Below the pieces are notes generated by a model. The model worked only from the letters and a program-made list of their open reading frames with translations. It ran no database searches and had not been told where the DNA came from. A stretch of 64,000 nt of DNA from an uncultured virus (IMG/VR IMGVR_UViG_3300025018_000135) (Duplodnaviria; Heunggongvirae; Uroviricota; Caudoviricetes). How positions within the stretch are numbered: the first letter of the stretch is position 1; each line of letters begins with the position of its first letter. The stretch is taken from the IMG/VR virus record IMGVR_UViG_3300025018_000135; one strand, written 5' to 3'. The translations under genes and the position numbers were made by a program. Below are positions 58,567-64,000 of the stretch, one piece after another.

Positions 58567-59748
58567 TTATGCTGAAATTTTTTGTTTGAGCTTTTGTAAG
58601 AAACGCTCGCCTTTTTCGTGACTCACGCCCAAGTAGTCCAAACAATGGTTAGTATAGGTTTTAAAATCTCGACAGTTATCCCTATAGTCGTCGTTAGTCC
58701 CTTTAGTTATTTTATTTTGTTGAAGGTACTCTGTAAACTTTTCATCGTAGTCTAACATAAGTCTAAGCAAGTACTGACGTTTTCCCGAGAAAGACCTCAA
58801 TAGTTGTTTGACTGTTATAACATCATCCAAGTCTTCTTCGTTGTTTTGAAGATTACACTGCATAAATTCTGAACAAACATCATCCTTAACTGCAAAAGTC
58901 AAAGGTACTGACTTATTTGTAAATCCACTTTCATTTTTAATCAGCTTGCTTCTATTAGGCCCTGAATAAAACTCCATCAGGTTAACGCCACGGTTATGAA
59001 TAGTTCTCTTGGTAATGTTAAAACAATGGTCGAAGGTTTTGAATCTTGGATACGTGAACATTATGGAGTGTATCGCAGCCTCTTTTACTTCGTTAACCAA
59101 ATCCATAGCTTCTATTCCTTGTGTCCTTATAATAAAAGCCATTTTTCTATTAACAAACTTTTTTGTAAACGAGTCTGACTTCTTCAAAGCATATACAACT
59201 ACTTTTTCAAAGTCAGGAATCGTCAATGCTGGGTATTTCTTCTTTATTAATTTATCAAAGTCTGTAGTCAAAGCACCGGCAAGGCTAAGAAGTTCTATGT
59301 CTTCGTCTGCTATGTTAAACATTTCAGCATAGTGTATTCTATTCTTTCGTACTAGACCATTTGCTACAACATAGTAATACCAAAGCTTAACATTTTTAAG
59401 CAAGTAACCTTCTGATAGTATTGCTCGTTGAATATCCACTACACGATCAAAGTCCCCCAAAGTCTTTTTAAGAAAGCGTTTATACTTTGTTGCATCAATG
59501 AATTTGAAAATATACCTAAGAGTTTCGATAGTTATTTCTTTTGACTGTGCTCTGGTAAGACTAAGTTTGAATCTTTCTGTTAGTATCTCTTCTATGTAGT
59601 TCACTAACACATCCTCACTCTGAATGGAAAGACATACCAGACTTCTTGAATCTCGATTTGTTTCTTGGAATGTCTTCGAGTCTTGTGATTGGTTTAAAGC
59701 TCTTAACTTTCTTAGACTTCCTTTTCTCTTTCTTCTGTGATTTATCAA
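58567..59748 (-). CDS. Hypothetical protein, possibly a second sigma-like regulator (true start probably near 59610)
   Basis: Long ORF; MDLVNEVKEAAIHSIMFTYPRF is only weakly reminiscent of sigma region 2. Confidence 0.5.
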   Translation of the reverse strand: MINHRRKRKGSLRKLRALNQSQDSKTFQETNRDSRSLVCLSIQSEDVLVNYIEEILTERFKLSLTRAQSKEITIETLRYIFKFIDATKYKRFLKKTLGDFDRVVDIQRAILSEGYLLKNVKLWYYYVVANGLVRKNRIHYAEMFNIADEDIELLSLAGALTTDFDKLIKKKYPALTIPDFEKVVVYALKKSDSFTKKFVNRKMAFIIRTQGIEAMDLVNEVKEAAIHSIMFTYPRFKTFDHCFNITKRTIHNRGVNLMEFYSGPNRSKLIKNESGFTNKSVPLTFAVKDDVCSEFMQCNLQNNEEDLDDVITVKQLLRSFSGKRQYLLRLMLDYDEKFTEYLQQNKITKGTNDDYRDNCRDFKTYTNHCLDYLGVSHEKGERFLQKLKQKISA

Positions 59749-60403
59749 ACCATTCCTTTGGTGCGCAGTCTAAAGTTGGCGGTTCATAATCAAAGTCTGT
59801 TTTCTTTTCTTCAAATTTTGGTAAGGAACCGTCTGCTCCTATCAACTCTCCTATTGGAAGTTTGCTAAGATATTTCTTATCAGTGTTTGGCATTACTAGT
59901 CTTCCTTTGTCCATCAAAGACTTCTTTTTCTTCTTAAAGTCTTTTGAGCTATAAAGGGAGTCTGCTATGAACTGTCCTACTGTGCTGTGATTGTCCTTGT
60001 TCAAACGTGCAGTGACAATAAGTGTATTATTTTCTGTATTTACTCCGATTACGTATCCTTTAAAATAATGAGAAAGGTAGTCTCTTCCCAAAGTAAAATA
60101 AACCCGTTGACCAAAATAAAAACCAAAGTTTTTAAGATGGTTTGCAGTTTTCGTCAAAGTGAAAGCTAGAATCCTAAGTTGAGCTGGACGCAAAGAAGAT
60201 ACAACCTTTGCAATGTCATTAACTTTCTCAGGGGTCTTGTTAGAACTGAGACGGTAGTAGTCAGGGTGAAAACAATCAGGTGCGTTTGTTTTCTTACTGA
60301 CTCCGAGCTTGCAACAAACGTCTTCAAACTTGGATATTTTTGTGTAGTGCAAACAATCACCACATTTCATTCCAATTCTGAGCTTGCGTGTTGTTGATTT
60401 CAT
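59615..60403 (-). CDS. Hypothetical protein with N-terminal Cys cluster
   Basis: CGDCLHY...CC...C. Confidence 0.55.
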   Translation of the reverse strand: MKSTTRKLRIGMKCGDCLHYTKISKFEDVCCKLGVSKKTNAPDCFHPDYYRLSSNKTPEKVNDIAKVVSSLRPAQLRILAFTLTKTANHLKNFGFYFGQRVYFTLGRDYLSHYFKGYVIGVNTENNTLIVTARLNKDNHSTVGQFIADSLYSSKDFKKKKKSLMDKGRLVMPNTDKKYLSKLPIGELIGADGSLPKFEEKKTDFDYEPPTLDCAPKEWFDKSQKKEKRKSKKVKSFKPITRLEDIPRNKSRFKKSGMSFHSE

Positions 60404-60861
60404 TCTTCCTCCTTAAAATGTCTTTTGTATAGTTGTTCGATTCCGTGGACTATTACTTTTTGTTGTGACATTTTGAAATACTTAGCCAAGCGTACTAACT
60501 TCTTGTGAACTTTCCCTGTAAAAAATCCAGAATAAACGAATCTTTTATTTTCATTGTTTATGTTCTCCAGTGATAATCTTGAATTTACTACAATAGTTGC
60601 CAAGTACAGACAGCGTTCCCTGCTTATGTGATCCGTATAATTCAGGTTAATAAATTTCTTTGCGTATAAAGCGTCTGCCGTATCGTGTACATTTGTATGG
60701 CAGTCCGTACAGATAGAAACAGTAGGCCCTTTTTCGCCACCGTAGCATCTGGGAACAATATGATGATGTTCTACATTAACTTTTTTAAAGTTAGCTGTAC
60801 ACACCCAACACTCTTCTGACTTAATTGTTTCGATTATTGGAAAACCTAAAGGACGTTTCAT
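60400..60861 (-). CDS. HNH-motif protein with possible C-terminal ribbon-helix-helix
   Basis: CWVC...EHHHIVPRCYGG...ICTDCH.NVH; C-terminal VHKKLVRLAKYFKMSQQKVI. Confidence 0.75.
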   Translation of the reverse strand: MKRPLGFPIIETIKSEECWVCTANFKKVNVEHHHIVPRCYGGEKGPTVSICTDCHTNVHDTADALYAKKFINLNYTDHISRERCLYLATIVVNSRLSLENINNENKRFVYSGFFTGKVHKKLVRLAKYFKMSQQKVIVHGIEQLYKRHFKEEE

Positions 60862-60892
60862 ATCGCGCCTAATGCGTTATGAAAAAGAAAGG

Positions 60893-60926
60893 AAAAGGTA
60901 GACTGATTTTACACAGTCTACCTTTT
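60893..60926 (-). terminator. Terminator after the AT-hook protein gene
   Basis: AAAAGGTAGACTG...CAGTCTACCTTTT. Confidence 0.75.
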
Positions 60927-60946
60927 CGTTTGCGACCACAAAAAAC

Positions 60947-61327
60947 TTAGCCTTGTGCTGCGGCCTTAACAGCAGCAACTGCACGATCAAGAGCTTTAAG
61001 AGCTTTCGTAAGTGCAGCATTACTAGTTGCGGCAACTTCCGTTTTCTTAGAACTCTTTTGTGCTTTAGGCTTTTCAGTTTTTTGTGCTTTGGCGGGACGA
61101 CCACGTTTGCTAGTTTTTTCTGCCTTAGCAGTTTCCACTTTTTGCTTGCGTGATTTTTTTGCAGGTACTTGCGTGTCTTCAGATTTAGCAGGACGGCCAC
61201 GCTTTTTTGGCGCTTCTTTCACTGCTTTTTCCTTTTTAGCTTTAGCCGGACGGCCTTTGGTTTTTTTCTCTACAGTCTCTTCAGACTTTTTAGGACGACC
61301 ACGGCCTTGCTTTTTAACTTTAGCCAT
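60947..61327 (-). CDS. Histone H1/HMGA-like basic protein with four AT-hooks
   Basis: GRGRPKK, KGRPAK, KRGRPAK, KRGRPAK; Ala-rich C-terminal helix. Confidence 0.8.
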   Translation of the reverse strand: MAKVKKQGRGRPKKSEETVEKKTKGRPAKAKKEKAVKEAPKKRGRPAKSEDTQVPAKKSRKQKVETAKAEKTSKRGRPAKAQKTEKPKAQKSSKKTEVAATSNAALTKALKALDRAVAAVKAAAQG

Positions 61328-61410
61328 TTTACTTTTCCTCTAGGGAAGTTAAGAAACGCCAACATACTCTGCCAGCAAAGAGCCACATTTTTATAAACGT
61401 GGAAAACTTT

Positions 61411-61965
61411 TTATTCCAAACCTTCTCTGCTAGACAAAGGTGTGAAAATTTTATCATCAGTTGATTGAATCTCTTCTCCGTACAATCTGATAATTTTATT
61501 TTTGTAATTCATCTCAAAATTATCAATTACCTGATTAACCCACCATCTGTATTTGGGGCGCTTCCAAGGAGGCAGGTTATAAACTAAAGTAATGTGTGGA
61601 ACGTAGTTTTCAGACAAAGGCATTGCGTTATATTGTTTAATTATTTCTTGTCTTCTGTTATGTAATGTAGGGGCATCAAGAGTAATTACTAAAGAATTAA
61701 TTCCGTAGTAATCATCATACCAGATAGAGGCCCCTGTTATTACAGTGTTGTGCATTTTGTTTTCAGGAACGAAGTTTTCGATTGATGTCTTTGAATATAG
61801 CAGGGTTACCCTGAAGTCTTCTGCCTTAACAGGATTGTTAAAAGGGCACTGACTTACTATATTTGCCAAAGAGACTCTATCTGATTCTACAAGCTTCAAA
61901 GAAACTCGATTATTTTTGTGAATCATATTATCACCTGTTGAAAGCAAAACTCCAATCTCTAACAT
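61411..61965 (-). CDS. 2H phosphoesterase, anti-CBASS Acb1 (T4 57B)-like, first HxT motif altered
   Basis: NPVKAEDFRVTLLYSK...LVITLDAPTLHNRRQEI...YVPHITLVY. Confidence 0.7.
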   Translation of the reverse strand: MLEIGVLLSTGDNMIHKNNRVSLKLVESDRVSLANIVSQCPFNNPVKAEDFRVTLLYSKTSIENFVPENKMHNTVITGASIWYDDYYGINSLVITLDAPTLHNRRQEIIKQYNAMPLSENYVPHITLVYNLPPWKRPKYRWWVNQVIDNFEMNYKNKIIRLYGEEIQSTDDKIFTPLSSREGLE

Positions 61966-62947
61966 TGAAGTGTTTGTTCTTTCTGTTTACTGCGGAAATT
62001 TTCTTTTCCTCTACTAGCCAGTACCATTTGAATCCGTGCTGACTCGGGACTTTTTGCTTGCTAACATTGATTAGTTTTTTCCCAAGCTTTTGTTCTATTG
62101 CGGAAATAACTTCCTCAATGTCAGGCATATCTTCTTTATCTTTTACGTACTGTAATACCTTTTTCCTTTTGTTCTCTTCATCCCTTACTTTTGTCCAGCT
62201 ACGTTGGGCAAGAACATTAGTATTTTCTCCAACTACGAGCTGATCCATTAGTACAACGTAATTTCCTACTTTCCTTGTTTTAAACCCGGCGGTCTGTAGT
62301 TCTTCTTCTGACAGTATATTTGCTAAAATTGGAATAATTGGAAAACGTTTAATAATGAAAGGTTTCTTCTTATCTTCCGCCGTAGGTAATTGAACTGCAA
62401 ACTTTTGCAGGTCTTTAATTAAAGGAGCAGATTCTTTTAGTATTTCATCTAACGGCTTACTTCCTGATAGTACCTTCACATCAGTATCCTCTTTTTCATT
62501 AGGGGCGGTGTCCTGCTGTTCCGAAGAAGCCACCACTTCTAATTTAGATTCTCTCTTTTCCAGCACTTTGCTAGATACCGATGAAATTAGCTTATTTATT
62601 TTAACACAACGAGATTCTTGTTTTTCGCTAAACTGACGTAAATCCTTTTTTGTGAGTTCATGTGACTCCACATGGTCAATCATTGAAGTACAATGATTTC
62701 TCATAATTTTAAATCCTTTTTTAATTCTGGCGATTTCGTCAAAACGATAAGCACCAAAAGCATCCTTATAGTATTCAGAAGCACTATCTATTAATTCTAT
62801 AATTTGGGTAAAAGAGTTTATCATGGCAGGGGCAGAGGTTAATGTAGCTGCCACTCTTTTACTCATTGTAAGAATAGAGAAAATAGAAGATTGGATAAAT
62901 AGCTGGGCGTCACTTGTTTTTTGAAGAGTTTCGTTTGCGGTCTGCAT
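61931..62947 (-). CDS. Hypothetical protein
   Basis: 338-aa ORF. Confidence 0.55.
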   Translation of the reverse strand: MQTANETLQKTSDAQLFIQSSIFSILTMSKRVAATLTSAPAMINSFTQIIELIDSASEYYKDAFGAYRFDEIARIKKGFKIMRNHCTSMIDHVESHELTKKDLRQFSEKQESRCVKINKLISSVSSKVLEKRESKLEVVASSEQQDTAPNEKEDTDVKVLSGSKPLDEILKESAPLIKDLQKFAVQLPTAEDKKKPFIIKRFPIIPILANILSEEELQTAGFKTRKVGNYVVLMDQLVVGENTNVLAQRSWTKVRDEENKRKKVLQYVKDKEDMPDIEEVISAIEQKLGKKLINVSKQKVPSQHGFKWYWLVEEKKISAVNRKNKHFNVRDWSFAFNR

Positions 62948-63177
62948 TTTTAATTTTCCTTAGAGTTCGTCTACGTAGTTCTCTAAAACCCATTTCAGTA
63001 TAAGACTGACCAATTTCAGGGTGGTATAGTCTCAGTGCAGATTCATCTTTGAAGTTCAAAGATATTGAAAAAATAACACGTTCAATTTCCGTATTTAATT
63101 TTCTGCGTATATTCATAGTCCCTCTTATGTCTGTTTTTTGCGGCCACAGAGTCCCCGGCAGTAGAGGCTGCGCCGCC

Positions 63178-63205
63178 ATGATAGCGGCCGCAGCCTTGGA
63201 GTCAA
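63178..63205 (-). promoter_or_regulatory. Sigma70-type promoter in a GC-rich intergenic patch
   Basis: TTGACT-N16-TATCAT upstream of MNIRRK (GAGGG Shine-Dalgarno site). Confidence 0.6.
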
Positions 63206-63242
63206 GGGGGCCGCTAAGTGCTTGTCTGGTCTAGGTCTTGGC

Positions 63243-64000
63243 TTACTTAGCCAAGGAGTCTAAGGTGGACAACACATAGGCGGCAGGCTTTTTGTAACGG
63301 CCAGTTAATGTCTTTTTCTTTTCTTGTAAGTCTTTAATTGTCTGTACAAGTTTAGCGTCTTCCATAGAAGAAAGACGATACACTTTTAGATCAGTAATAA
63401 TTGCGGCTTCTTCCTCAGTTATTTTTAACAGACTTGAAATTCTTTTGTTCAAATCTTTTAACGACGGATGTTTTTCTTTCAGTGCTTTTACCACAGTGTC
63501 TAAATTAGCAACTGCCAGTCTCAGTATTTCATGATAATGAATTCTATCCTCTGTATTCTTTAACCAGTACTGGCAGGCTTTCTTTTCTATTTCCAATCTG
63601 TATTCATACCAGTCTTTGAGAATTTCTACTACAGTAGTTCTCCGCAGTTTAACTTCTACAGTATCCTTAACTACTTTTCTGTCCGTAATTAAAATACTAA
63701 AACTAGTAGCTGAGGAAAGTGCTGTTTGTACTTTATTTACAACTTCCTCAAAATTTGCTTTTAGTGCAGGTTTGACTTCGATAAAAAGCTTACCACTTTT
63801 TTCTTCAGGCGAGGAAGCGTCACGGGCAGATTTTAGTTCTTTCATACCCACTACTTTTTCCAGAGCCTTTTCCATACAGTTCTGGGGAAACCCTAGAACA
63901 GTAATTGTTCCTTTCTTTTCATCCAACTTATAAACAGGTTTAAAAACAATTCTGCCCTTACCTGTTTTCATAATCGAGAGTATTTGTTCCTTCTGAGACT
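63243..64000 (-). CDS. Type II topoisomerase GyrA/ParC-like subunit, 5' part outside the window
   Basis: TGKGRI, ARDASS, EILKDWYEYR, RIHYHEIL..A..NLDTVVKAL, ITEEEAAIITDLKVYRLSSME; frame open to the window edge. Confidence 0.88.
   Translation of the reverse strand, partial: SQKEQILSIMKTGKGRIVFKPVYKLDEKKGTITVLGFPQNCMEKALEKVVGMKELKSARDASSPEEKSGKLFIEVKPALKANFEEVVNKVQTALSSATSFSILITDRKVVKDTVEVKLRRTTVVEILKDWYEYRLEIEKKACQYWLKNTEDRIHYHEILRLAVANLDTVVKALKEKHPSLKDLNKRISSLLKITEEEAAIITDLKVYRLSSMEDAKLVQTIKDLQEKKKTLTGRYKKPAAYVLSTLDSLAK

Noticed and set aside
60400..60861. HNH as a mobile homing endonuclease or intron
   Set aside because: It does not interrupt a gene and is translationally coupled to its neighbour; mobility is unsupported.
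1..64000. Alternative genetic code or stop-codon reassignment
   Set aside because: The standard code gives dense, full-length genes, and the only tRNA seen is a normal Leu(TAG).

Overview
AT-rich, gene-dense segment of a large lytic dsDNA phage (probably a jumbo myovirus) infecting a Gram-negative bacterium. No host housekeeping operons, integrase or CRISPR array are visible. Region 1-19 kb (minus strand) holds small early/accessory genes behind a sigma70-like promoter at about 19.1 kb: tRNA-Leu(TAG), an HD-domain (p)ppGpp hydrolase-like protein, HU, a TraR/DksA-like protein, a DenV-like glycosylase, KTSC, an ArdB/KlcA antirestriction protein, a PagP-like outer-membrane barrel, and a roughly 250-nt structured non-coding element. 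Region 19-44.7 kb (minus strand, except primase) covers nucleotide metabolism, replication and recombination: nrdAB, SbcC/SbcD, DnaX-like clamp loader, RecA/UvsX, putative SSB, sigma-like factor, MazG, Cas4-like nuclease, primase and RuvC. Region 44.7-57.5 kb (plus strand) is a probable late block. It contains two membrane proteins flanking a stand-alone tandem-PAS protein, a lipoprotein lytic transglycosylase, and a family of genes sharing a 'KIEARLE..A' leader, one of them exactly duplicated. Region 57.9-64 kb (minus strand) encodes dTMP kinase, HNH, an AT-hook protein, an Acb1-like 2H phosphoesterase with an altered catalytic motif, and a partial topoisomerase II subunit. The strongest novelty candidates are the PAS sensor inside an apparent lysis cassette, small proteins resembling fragments of EF-Tu, tail sheath and capsid, the pseudoknotted ncRNA, and a repeated AATCTGTAAA(GTA) promoter-like motif. 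All product calls come from motif recognition by eye; no database searches were run.
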